Below the pieces are notes generated by a model, which saw nothing but the letters and a program-made list of their open reading frames with translations, searched no databases and was not told the DNA's origin. From Candidatus Uhrbacteria bacterium (GTDB taxonomy: Bacteria > Patescibacteriota > Patescibacteriia > UBA9934 > GWF2-40-263): a DNA stretch of 64,000 nucleotides. The stretch spans positions 13,650 to 77,649 of the forward strand of contig JACPHU010000009.1 in the NCBI GenBank assembly GCA_016188495.1, given 5' to 3'. The position numbers and the translations under genes were made by a program. Below, piece after piece: positions 20,147-29,107 of the stretch. Numbering within the stretch: position 1 is the first letter of the stretch; each line of letters opens with the position of its first letter.

Positions 20147-23100
20147 ATGCTTATGTCATATATTCCTATTGTCTTTAGTAAACGCCATCTTCGTGATCAT
20201 GTTGATTCTTCTTCGTTTAAACGAGGCACTGAATATGAACAGAAGCATCGTGTTCTTTCTTGCGAATACGAAAATTTGACGGTTTTCGGAACCGTTCGTG
20301 GGAACGCTTATGTTCCGTATGCAACAGATTTTATTCTCGGAGAAACAGGAATAGAAGCATCGTCTTGCTCGTGTCCTTTGGGTGAGGTATGTAAGCATGT
20401 CGTTGCATTGGGACTTGCGTTTTTACACAAGGCAACAGGTAGTTACGAAGGTATTTGGATGAGTGAAAAAATGAAAGAGACGACAAAGGTTAATGTCAAG
20501 CGAAAAACTGCTCCTAAACGAAAGAAGGCTGTTGTAGCAACTCCAACTTGGCAGAAATCTGCGCAGCAATGGTTTTCTTTCGAAGAACGTGAAGCCGCAT
20601 CGGGCACGCTGCCCACCACGGGTCGACTCCAGCTCATGTTTCGTTTTGAACGCGATCCTTATGTCAATTTATGGGAATCCTCATCTTCCCTCGCGCAGAA
20701 GTGGCAGCTTCAAATTCGTCCGCGGGTTTTTTATCCACAGACAGGCAAAACGTCTCTTACGGACATTACATGGAAACAGGTAACCTCCCAATGGTTTTAT
20801 CAAACTTTTCGGGTCGTTTCAGAACAGGACATCCTCCTTTTGCGTCAATTGGCTGATGCGTTGGGTTTGATGCTGTATGGCACTTCTGGGGTGTGGGCTC
20901 CTGTGCGGGATCCGTATGCGCGATTTGTGTGGAACGCGCTCACCCAGACCGCACAAAAAGGCGTTGTGTTTCTTTACGGAGAAAAAGCAAACCAGTCGGT
21001 TATTTTTCTGGAGACAGAGCCATTGAGGGAACGCCTTCAACTCACAGAGGAATCCAACGGAGACATTGCGACATCTTTTGATTTTGTCAAGGGAGAAACA
21101 GGGGAACCGATCGAACGTTTCCGCATTTTTCCCATCGGCGATCCTCCCGCGTTCGTCGGTTATCTTTCCGATTCGTTTTCTTCGTCCTCCAAACCATCGT
21201 TTGTTCCTGTTCTTACGGCACTAGGTCCCATTCAACACAGGACGAATGTCAAAAATCAGCGTTCCAGCCTGCGAGTACCTAAATCAGATCGCAGCACTCT
21301 TGAAACGGAATATCTTCCAAAACTCGCAAAAACGTTCGTGATTGAAAGCCAGATTCCGGATCTACGCGTTCCAACCATGGTGACACCCCGTCTTCTTATC
21401 ACCATTCAAAAATCCGGAGCGCAAGGAGTACGCGTCAAAGCGCAATTCAGCTATGAACAAAATTGTCTTCCCCTTCATCATGGTAAAATATTCATTGAAA
21501 CCAAAAAGGGGATGGTTATTCTTACGCAACCAGAAACCGAACAGACGCTGGAGGCGCGTTTGTTCCATACGCTTTCCACGTTTCAAGAAGCCATTGAAAA
21601 AAGAGTAGATTCTCCTTCGGGTTCGAGTGTCCGCGTTAAGTCCTCCTTTACCCTCAAAGCAATGGCGGCTGCACGTTTTCTATTGGAAACCGTTCCTCTT
21701 CTTGAACAGGAAGAGGCCATTGAAATACAAAAGACAGACAATCTTCCTTCCTTTGAAAAGTCAGAAGCTGAGCCTGTGGTCGCGTTTTGCGTTGATGCTT
21801 CTCAAGACGATTCAGACTGGTTTGATTTGCAAGTGAATGTGTCAGTAGGAGGTGCTACTGTTGCGTTTGCTCCGCTCTTTGCCGCATTATCCCGCGAAGA
21901 AGATGAATTACTCTTGGAAAACGGCACGTATTTTTCTCTGCGTCAGCCCTCTTTCGATCGTTTGCGTGAACTTATTCGACAAGCTCGCGAGCTCAAGCCA
22001 ACGGAAGGTGGATGGCAAATGTCGCGTTTTCAGGTCGGATGGTGGGAAACATTAGAAGCCACGGGCATTGTGCAAGAGCAGGCGGATACTTGGACGCAAG
22101 CCGTAGAAGACTTGCGTCGGCTCTCCTCTTTTTCCATTCAACGGGAAACTCCTCCCATTTCTCTTCTCGCATCTTTACGTCCTTATCAGGAAGAAGGCTA
22201 TGCCTGGCTCAAATTTTTGTATGATCGCCGGTTGGGAGGCGTGCTTGCCGATGATATGGGATTGGGAAAAACCGTCCAAACTATTGCTCTTTTAGGAAAA
22301 ATTATTGAGGAAGGAAAGATGAAAAGAATAAAGGCAGGACCCCCTTTTCTCATCATCACCCCGACGAGCGTCGTTGACACATGGGATCAGGAGTTTGAAC
22401 GATTTGCTCCTTCTATACGCCGCGTAATCTTTCGACGCGGGTCGCGCGAACAGCAGTATGCGCAGCTGCCGTCTTGCGACGTGCTGGTAACGTCCTATGC
22501 GCTTCTCATACGCGACTTTAATCGCTTGGAGAACATTCCTTTCGAACTTGTTGTCCTGGATGAAGCGCAATGGATTAAAAATCACCAGTCCAAACTGTAT
22601 AATCTCGTACGGCGGTTAAACGCTAAGAGGCGCATCGCTCTGACTGGAACACCGCTTGAAAATAATCTCTTTGAATTTTGGTCCATTTGTTCGGTCGCGG
22701 CTCCCGGTCTATTGGGTCCGCCAGACTATTTTAAGCAAACGTATCCTCTTCCGGCGGAACAGCCCGAAATTTCTGCCGCATCCATGGAGTGCCTTCGCAA
22801 AAAAGTCGCACCATTTTTTTTGCGCCGAACCAAAGAACATGTGGAACAGGATTTGCCGCCCAAAACGGAACAGATTCTTTCCATTGAACTTTCTGATGCC
22901 CATAAAAACATTTATGACCTCCATTTGCAGAGGGAGCGTCAAAACGTGCTTGGGCTTTTGTCAGAAGGAGGCATGCAAAAGAATCGTTTTCAAATTCTCA
23001 AGTCCCTGACTCGTCTGCGTCAGATCGCCCTGCATCCAGGACTTGTCGGTTCTTCCCACCGATCTATTCCTGTGGAAAAACTGGAACGTCTTGCTTGGGA

Positions 23101-23578
23101 ACTTTCCGAGTTGTCGCAAGGCGGACATAAAGCCTTGGTTTTTAGCCAGTTCACTTCGTTTCTCGCTTTTGTAAAAAAACGGTTGGATGCTGAAAAGATC
23201 CCCTATGCCTATCTGGATGGTTCCACTAGAAATCGACAAGAGATCGTACGACAATTTCGTGATTCCAAAGGACCGCCGGTTTTTCTGATTAGCCTGAAGG
23301 CCGGTGGCGTCGGCCTGAACTTGATTGAAGCGGATTACTGTTTTGTTCTTGATCCTTGGTGGAATCCAGCGGTTGAATGTCAGGCAGTCGATCGCGCGCA
23401 TCGCATCGGACAAACGAAAAACGTATTCGTTTATAAAATGATTGCGAAAGGTACGATCGAAGAAAAAGTCCTGGCTCTCCAGGAAAAGAAAAAAAAGCTG
23501 TTTGACAGCCTCTTTGGAGGTAAGGATGGTTTTACCGCCGTGACCGAGGAAGATGTAAGAAAACTATTGGAGGAATAA
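20147..23578 (+). CDS. SWIM zinc finger SNF2-family helicase
   Basis: CSCPLGEVCKH (SWIM), LRPYQ, LADDMGLGKT, DEAQ, TGTPLEN, WWNPAVECQAVDRAHRIGQ. Confidence 0.95.
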   Translation: MLMSYIPIVFSKRHLRDHVDSSSFKRGTEYEQKHRVLSCEYENLTVFGTVRGNAYVPYATDFILGETGIEASSCSCPLGEVCKHVVALGLAFLHKATGSYEGIWMSEKMKETTKVNVKRKTAPKRKKAVVATPTWQKSAQQWFSFEEREAASGTLPTTGRLQLMFRFERDPYVNLWESSSSLAQKWQLQIRPRVFYPQTGKTSLTDITWKQVTSQWFYQTFRVVSEQDILLLRQLADALGLMLYGTSGVWAPVRDPYARFVWNALTQTAQKGVVFLYGEKANQSVIFLETEPLRERLQLTEESNGDIATSFDFVKGETGEPIERFRIFPIGDPPAFVGYLSDSFSSSSKPSFVPVLTALGPIQHRTNVKNQRSSLRVPKSDRSTLETEYLPKLAKTFVIESQIPDLRVPTMVTPRLLITIQKSGAQGVRVKAQFSYEQNCLPLHHGKIFIETKKGMVILTQPETEQTLEARLFHTLSTFQEAIEKRVDSPSGSSVRVKSSFTLKAMAAARFLLETVPLLEQEEAIEIQKTDNLPSFEKSEAEPVVAFCVDASQDDSDWFDLQVNVSVGGATVAFAPLFAALSREEDELLLENGTYFSLRQPSFDRLRELIRQARELKPTEGGWQMSRFQVGWWETLEATGIVQEQADTWTQAVEDLRRLSSFSIQRETPPISLLASLRPYQEEGYAWLKFLYDRRLGGVLADDMGLGKTVQTIALLGKIIEEGKMKRIKAGPPFLIITPTSVVDTWDQEFERFAPSIRRVIFRRGSREQQYAQLPSCDVLVTSYALLIRDFNRLENIPFELVVLDEAQWIKNHQSKLYNLVRRLNAKRRIALTGTPLENNLFEFWSICSVAAPGLLGPPDYFKQTYPLPAEQPEISAASMECLRKKVAPFFLRRTKEHVEQDLPPKTEQILSIELSDAHKNIYDLHLQRERQNVLGLLSEGGMQKNRFQILKSLTRLRQIALHPGLVGSSHRSIPVEKLERLAWELSELSQGGHKALVFSQFTSFLAFVKKRLDAEKIPYAYLDGSTRNRQEIVRQFRDSKGPPVFLISLKAGGVGLNLIEADYCFVLDPWWNPAVECQAVDRAHRIGQTKNVFVYKMIAKGTIEEKVLALQEKKKKLFDSLFGGKDGFTAVTEEDVRKLLEE

Positions 23579-23592
23579 AAAATAAAAATGAT

Positions 23593-24225
23593 ATGGCCAT
23601 GGAGTTAACCCATGTTCGTTTTGCTCAGGATTTAAAAGAAGTTCTAAATGTGCAAGATGACGCAGCTTATTATGCAGGAGCGGTTTATCCTGATTCGAGA
23701 TATCTGACAAAGATTGATCGTTCACTTACTCATGGAGGTAACAGCCCAAGAGATCCTTTTACTCCTGGGTTGTCAGATTTTGAAAAAGGTTGGGCAACGC
23801 ATTTGTTTTATGATCGGAATGCTCATCCTCAGTATATTGCTCTCTCACCTTATTCAATCGAAGAAGCGCAACAAGGGAATCGTGTTTGGCAATTTATGTC
23901 TGCCGCAAAAATTGTGGAAGATTTGCAGAGTTACTCAGTCATGAACGGGAATGTGGAAATGATGTTGAACCTTTCTTTTCCCGTATATCCGAATAATGAA
24001 GATTCTCAAATCATGCGAACCTACAGTGCTATTCAAAAAACGTTGTATGGCCATCCGCCTAAGATTAAAGATTATCGTTTGTTTTGGACAAATTTGAACG
24101 GACAATCAGATGTCATCGATGCGGTGATGAAATGCACAAGAGATCTTCTTGACAATGATGATGCTCGGCAACGCATCCAAACGATTTATTCGAGTGTACT
24201 GAATGAGATATTGAATAATCAATGA
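23593..24225 (+). CDS. Hypothetical protein, possible zinc-dependent phospholipase C-like fold
   Basis: TH near the N-terminus, GAVYPD, GWATHLFYD. Confidence 0.6.
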   Translation: MAMELTHVRFAQDLKEVLNVQDDAAYYAGAVYPDSRYLTKIDRSLTHGGNSPRDPFTPGLSDFEKGWATHLFYDRNAHPQYIALSPYSIEEAQQGNRVWQFMSAAKIVEDLQSYSVMNGNVEMMLNLSFPVYPNNEDSQIMRTYSAIQKTLYGHPPKIKDYRLFWTNLNGQSDVIDAVMKCTRDLLDNDDARQRIQTIYSSVLNEILNNQ

Positions 24226-24289
24226 GATATTAAAATATTTTTGTTGCTTGTTTTTTTTCGCAAAGTTGTTATGGTAAAAAGAGTAAAAA

Positions 24290-24580
24290 ATGATACATGA
24301 TATGGGAAAAGTTTTTTTTGATAAGCACTATAATTTTTTTAAAAAAGATAGCCGTATTTATAATGACGAAATTGATAGAAAGATCGATTTGGTTATTGAG
24401 GCGGTTGAAAAAGGAACTATTTCAAAAGAAAATGCTGTTGAGTTGTTACGAATAGTACTCTCCAAAGAATTGGAAGAAGATGTCCAGTTTCTTGCTTCTC
24501 ATGAATTAACCTTACATCCTAAAAAGTCTCTCTTCGTTTTTTTATTGAATCATTCATCTGTTGTTGAACGTTATGTCTGA
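24290..24580 (+). CDS. Hypothetical protein (AT-rich)
   Basis: 96-aa ORF overlapping the start of the next gene. Confidence 0.6.
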   Translation: MIHDMGKVFFDKHYNFFKKDSRIYNDEIDRKIDLVIEAVEKGTISKENAVELLRIVLSKELEEDVQFLASHELTLHPKKSLFVFLLNHSSVVERYV

Positions 24581-24974
24581 TGAAACACCTGCTCACGTTA
24601 CGGCATCTTCAACGACAAAAGAAACAAGACGAGAGGATTTACAGATGCTTTTAACACAATTATCAGAGACGAGTCATAGTCCCAAGTTGACCACAGATCA
24701 AGTAACGAAATTGATAGACCAGCGTTCTAGGGTCCAGGAATATATTCGTGAAGATAAAAAAGAATTTTTTGAACTTGCAAAAATAGATAGAACCAACAAG
24801 CTTCACTTTCTTTATGTTGGAGCCGTAGCAATAATTATCCTTTGTTGGATTGTTCTTAAGTATAAACCAGAATATTTTTCTCAATTATTACAAGCCATCG
24901 TCACCACGTTAGGTGGTTACGGAATAGGTAGATATCAAGGAAAAAAAGAAATTCAGGAACAGGAAAAAGAATAA
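24573..24974 (+). CDS. Hypothetical membrane protein (DUF2335-like)
   Basis: Coiled region followed by two C-terminal TMs and GGYGIGR. Confidence 0.6.
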   Translation: MSDETPAHVTASSTTKETRREDLQMLLTQLSETSHSPKLTTDQVTKLIDQRSRVQEYIREDKKEFFELAKIDRTNKLHFLYVGAVAIIILCWIVLKYKPEYFSQLLQAIVTTLGGYGIGRYQGKKEIQEQEKE

Positions 24975-25002
24975 GAAATTTTTGAAGCGTTGAATCCTTA
25001 GG

Positions 25003-25011
25003 TTATCCACA
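25003..25011 (+). promoter_or_regulatory. Consensus DnaA box upstream of the mraZ promoter
   Basis: TTATCCACA exact match. Confidence 0.45.
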
Positions 25012-25081
25012 ACTAAATCATTCATGTAAAAAATCCCTATATAAGGGATTTTTTTTGATGGTTGGTGATGGTTTGTTTTGG

Positions 25082-25134
25082 TTGACCCGTGTCAGGTGGT
25101 GGAATATAATGGTGGTAGGTGGAAATAAGTGGGG
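25082..25134 (+). promoter_or_regulatory. mraZ promoter with MraZ-binding repeats
   Basis: TTGACC-17-TATAAT; (G/A)TGG repeated with a 10-bp period at 25099, 25109, 25119 and 25129. Confidence 0.85.
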
Positions 25135-25194
25135 ATTGATCGGCAGTTGCTGATTGATGCTCACTTTTATTTAATCCACTTTCACCAGCTTCCT

Positions 25195-25626
25195 GTGTTT
25201 ATAGGCGAGTATAAACATTCAATCGATGAAAAAGGGCGTCTAGCGATTCCTTCAAAGTTTCGCAACGACCTCGCGACGGGGGCTGTTGTGACGCGAGGTT
25301 TAGACACGTCCCTCTTTCTGTTTCCCAAGGAGGAGTGGGGCAAGCTTGCAGAAAAGCTTGCTAGTTTGCCCCTGGGACAATCCAATTCGCGCGCCTTCGC
25401 CCGACTCATGCTTGCGGGTGCTATGGACGTTGAGTTGGACAGACAGGGGAGGGTCGTGTTGCCAGAATACTTGCGTCAATACGCGAATCTTCAGAAAACG
25501 ACCATTATTGCCGGCCTTTATAATCGGCTTGAGATTTGGGATGAAGAAAAATGGGAGGTTTATAAGAAAAAAGTTGAAAGCGATGCAGACGCAGTCGCAG
25601 AACAGTTGGGGCAGTTAGGTATTTAG
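25195..25626 (+). CDS. mraZ: Transcriptional regulator MraZ
   Basis: GTG start MFIGEYKHSIDEKGRLAIP; second DRQGRVVLP motif. Confidence 0.96.
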   Translation: MFIGEYKHSIDEKGRLAIPSKFRNDLATGAVVTRGLDTSLFLFPKEEWGKLAEKLASLPLGQSNSRAFARLMLAGAMDVELDRQGRVVLPEYLRQYANLQKTTIIAGLYNRLEIWDEEKWEVYKKKVESDADAVAEQLGQLGI

Positions 25627-25728
25627 AGTCTTTTCATCATTTGGATGTCGAAGTTTGGAGTGCTATTGAGGGGTTTAGTTGAACCTTTTCCCTGAAGGGC
25701 ACTTCAATCTTCGGCAACCAAACTCTTA
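25624..25728. repeat. Long imperfect hairpin between mraZ and rsmH
   Basis: TTTGGaTGTCGAAGtTTGGAGTGC pairs with GCACTTCAAtCTTCGGCAaCCAAA; AGAGT/ACTCT outer ends. Confidence 0.55.
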
Positions 25729-25765
25729 AATGTTTTGTTTAGGGATTTGATAGGAGGAGGATTTT

Positions 25766-26632
25766 ATGGAACACAAACCCGTCCTTCTTACTGAGGTGAG
25801 CAACTACCTCAGACCGGAGCCGAATCATTTTTTTATAGACGGCACTGTGGGGCTGGGAGGGCATGCGGCGACCTTATTGTCGCATGTCCTTCCTGGCGGC
25901 CGTCTGCTAGGTATCGATCGTGATGCCACAAATTTGGAACGAGCGAAAAAGCGCTTATCTGAATTTAAGGAAGCTGTCGTTTTGGTATGCGACAGCTACG
26001 CCAATATGACTGTTCACGCACAAGCGCACGGTTTTGGCCAGGTTCATGGAATTTTGTTAGACCTAGGTTTTTCCTCAGTTCACGTGGATGATCCAGAACG
26101 AGGTTTCTCCTTTAAGTCTGACGGCCCTTTGGACATGCGCTATGACCGTACTCAATCACTGACGGCTGAAGAGATTATTAACAGCTGGTCAGAGGATGAA
26201 CTTGCGAGAATCTTTCGACAGTATGGTGAGGAACGTCAAGCGCGTCTGATTGCTCAAACAATCACGGCTTCTCGAGCACAAACACCTCTTGTTCGCACCC
26301 ATGAGCTTGCTGAGTTGATTGCACGCACCGTGCATCAACACGGAAAGATTCATCCAGCGACACAGGTGTTTCAAGCATTGAGAATTGCCGTAAACGATGA
26401 ACTTGGAGAACTTCAACGTACGCTCCCAGAGTGTGTAAAACTTCTTGCTTCCGGTGGTCGTTTGGCCATCATCAGCTTTCATTCTCTTGAGGATCGTATC
26501 GTCAAACAGTTTTTTAAGACGCATCCGGATCTGAAGGTGCTGACAAAGCGACCTGTTGTGCCAACACAACAGGAACAGTTTGAAAACCCTCGATCCAGAA
26601 GCGCAAAATTACGCGTTGCAGAAAAAATTTAA
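25766..26632 (+). CDS. rsmH: 16S rRNA m4C1402 methyltransferase
   Basis: HKPVLL, DGTVGLGGH, DLGFSS, RGFSF, FQALRIAVNDEL, ISFHSLEDR, NPRSRSAKLR. Confidence 0.97.
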   Translation: MEHKPVLLTEVSNYLRPEPNHFFIDGTVGLGGHAATLLSHVLPGGRLLGIDRDATNLERAKKRLSEFKEAVVLVCDSYANMTVHAQAHGFGQVHGILLDLGFSSVHVDDPERGFSFKSDGPLDMRYDRTQSLTAEEIINSWSEDELARIFRQYGEERQARLIAQTITASRAQTPLVRTHELAELIARTVHQHGKIHPATQVFQALRIAVNDELGELQRTLPECVKLLASGGRLAIISFHSLEDRIVKQFFKTHPDLKVLTKRPVVPTQQEQFENPRSRSAKLRVAEKI

Positions 26633-26661
26633 CTCTATTCTAGACACCCCCACCCCTGTCT

Positions 26662-27030
26662 ATGAGCTTCCCCGTTGCTTCACAATCAATGTCTCTTTCT
26701 GAGCATGCTTCCTCTGAACGTTTTTCCTTGCGTGCTTGGACTGCCAGTCATGTGGTTGCATTGAATATTATTTCTTTGGCTCTTATCTTGTGTTTGGTCG
26801 TTGGATATATTATTCAAGTCAACGCGAGCATTTCCAAGGGGTATCAAATCCGTGATTTAGAGACGACCGTCGATCAGCTTTCTGCGTTAAATGAGAAAAT
26901 TGAAATTCAAAGTCGAAAGGCACAATCCCTTCAGCATGTCGCTTCCTCAGTAAAAATGTTGGGTTTTGTAAAATCGGACATGCCTGAGTACCTGGATCTT
27001 TCCCAATCCTCTTACGTGTTTGCAGAATAG
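26662..27030 (+). CDS. FtsL-like cell division protein
   Basis: Position after rsmH; single TM followed by KGYQIRDLE coiled coil. Confidence 0.65.
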   Translation: MSFPVASQSMSLSEHASSERFSLRAWTASHVVALNIISLALILCLVVGYIIQVNASISKGYQIRDLETTVDQLSALNEKIEIQSRKAQSLQHVASSVKMLGFVKSDMPEYLDLSQSSYVFAE

Positions 27031-27191
27031 AAGATAACGGCTTGCATCATTTCTGTTTGATGTTCAAACAGATCTTCTTGATCAAAAAATAGCACAATGA
27101 GTGCTTTTTTGATTGACAAAAGTATCAAATATTGACAACCTGCCTTGGGGGTTACGGTTGAGAAACGGTTTTTTCGTACATGTGAGGAACC

Positions 27192-27800
27192 ATGCCAGGG
27201 ATACAAAAGGATCTACGAGTCGAGATGAAAGTGAAAAATAACATCCTCTATCGCGCCATCTTTGATTCGGGTTCATGGAAAACTATTAGCACGTTCTGTC
27301 GACATTTCGGCCTTAGTCAGACCAGAGTCGGTGCTCTCCTTAGTTTGAAGATCAGTCCTTTGCGAAAAGATGGTTCTTATTTGAAACTTTGCAAGGACCT
27401 TTCTGCTGTCCTGGCTCTTTCATGCGATGAGCTGTTTCCTCTTCATTTATATAATAAAACAGGGACAAATCTGGTCATCAGGGAAATTTCCTGGGAAGAG
27501 GCAGCGAGATTCGTCTCTAGTGAATTAACAGAACAACAAAATCTTCCTGATGACCTTTTTTTCAGAAAAGAATTGCAAGAACAATTTTCGATCGTTCTTG
27601 GCACGCTCACTCCCTTGGAAGAAAAAGTTATCAGGCTCCTTTATGGGTTTGACGAATCTGAACAGACTCTCGAAGAGGTTGGTGACAGATTTTCTCTGAC
27701 GCGCGAACGTATTCGACAAATTGAACTTAGGGCAATAGGAAAGCTTAGTCGTGTGAGGCGTAGGAAATATATTGAGCCTTTCCTTGAGGTATCGCCTTGA
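27192..27800 (+). CDS. Protein with sigma70 region 4 only, plus N-terminal HTH-like region
   Basis: LTPLEEKVIRLLYGF...TLEEVGDRFSLTRERIRQIELRAIGKL; no region 2. Confidence 0.8.
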   Translation: MPGIQKDLRVEMKVKNNILYRAIFDSGSWKTISTFCRHFGLSQTRVGALLSLKISPLRKDGSYLKLCKDLSAVLALSCDELFPLHLYNKTGTNLVIREISWEEAARFVSSELTEQQNLPDDLFFRKELQEQFSIVLGTLTPLEEKVIRLLYGFDESEQTLEEVGDRFSLTRERIRQIELRAIGKLSRVRRRKYIEPFLEVSP

Positions 27801-27884
27801 GTAAATCTTGTCACCGAATAAAATAATTCGGTGATTTTTATTTCCCTCCTTTTTTCCTTCTATGCTACCATTCCCTCATCTTTT

Positions 27885-29060
27885 ATGATCAACTTCTCCC
27901 CCCTATGCACCAACCTCAAATCTTCCCTTGAGACCATCCGTTCTCTCAAGACAGATTTTGACGCAGCTTATGCAGCAGCAATCTCTTCCGGTACCCCTGC
28001 TGAGATACAAAAAGCCCAAGATCTCAAACAAGCTCTTGAAACTCAGACTCGTGAGCTTCAGGAGAGAGTCAATACGCTAGAAGCAGAACATCTCTATGAC
28101 CTAAGAGCCCAGTATGAGAGCCAAGTGACGTTACTCAAGCGTACAGGACTGATTGAAACAAAAACTTCTACCAATGAGACAGGACAAGAACAAGAAGTTT
28201 CTTTTATGAGAGATATCCATGGCAATGAACACTCCATTCCGTCATACGAAACCATCATTCATCGCTTTGCAGAGCAAAAAGAACTTTTTCTCACCAAAGC
28301 CGATCAGGGATTCACTAAGTTCCTTCTGGTTCCTTTTGGAATGAGTCTGGATCAGATGATTGAGAAGTTCAGAGCGTATTTGTTGGAGTACAAGAAAGAT
28401 CATCCGGAGTTTGGTCGTCTTGATCCTACAAAAGAAGATGCCTCAGACGAACCCACCTGGGATCCTTTATGGGTGGACAAAGAGTACACAACAGGAGCAG
28501 ACGTTAACGGTACCTTGGTATATGACCCACAGATCTTTGACAAGGAGCACCACAACGGGGTGACCAAAGCACGGATTCTTGAAAGGCAAAAAACTGACCG
28601 AGATCCAATGCTTGGATGGCGTATGTTATTCCTGCAGACAGACAAGGACGGGAAAGGATTCAAGGCAATTCCCAGAATCGGTGAACGTGAAATCCAAGGA
28701 GAGCAGTTTCCGCGTCTAGACTTAGAAACAGATAAAACACCCAAGGAGTATCTTGCTCGTGAGCTTGTCGCATCACAAAACTCTGCCTCCCCCTATTACG
28801 GCGAGTCTGGTATGAGTCCAGAGGAGTGGTTGGTGATGTTCATGAGCCATCTGCAGGAGACAGATAAACCTATAGATCACTATCAAGGCAATAATAGAGA
28901 GTACGACATTAGTACCTATCTCACAGGTGCCTACTTTCCTGCTTCCCGCGGTGTCCTGTACGCGGGCTCGTATCAGCACGGTCGACAGATTAGTTTGTTA
29001 CAACGCAATCCGATCTTTGGTGGTGGAATCATCGGTGTTCGTTGTGCCGTGAGGGGATAA
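27885..29060 (+). CDS. Hypothetical protein with C-terminal C-type-lectin-like (DGR-target-like) domain
   Basis: N-terminal coiled coil; C-terminal GESGMSPEEWL...YLTGAYFP...GVRCAVRG*. Confidence 0.65.
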   Translation: MINFSPLCTNLKSSLETIRSLKTDFDAAYAAAISSGTPAEIQKAQDLKQALETQTRELQERVNTLEAEHLYDLRAQYESQVTLLKRTGLIETKTSTNETGQEQEVSFMRDIHGNEHSIPSYETIIHRFAEQKELFLTKADQGFTKFLLVPFGMSLDQMIEKFRAYLLEYKKDHPEFGRLDPTKEDASDEPTWDPLWVDKEYTTGADVNGTLVYDPQIFDKEHHNGVTKARILERQKTDRDPMLGWRMLFLQTDKDGKGFKAIPRIGEREIQGEQFPRLDLETDKTPKEYLARELVASQNSASPYYGESGMSPEEWLVMFMSHLQETDKPIDHYQGNNREYDISTYLTGAYFPASRGVLYAGSYQHGRQISLLQRNPIFGGGIIGVRCAVRG

Positions 29061-29107
29061 AATTGGTTTTTACTTTTGTATTTTTAAGCGATATATCATT
29101 TGTATTT

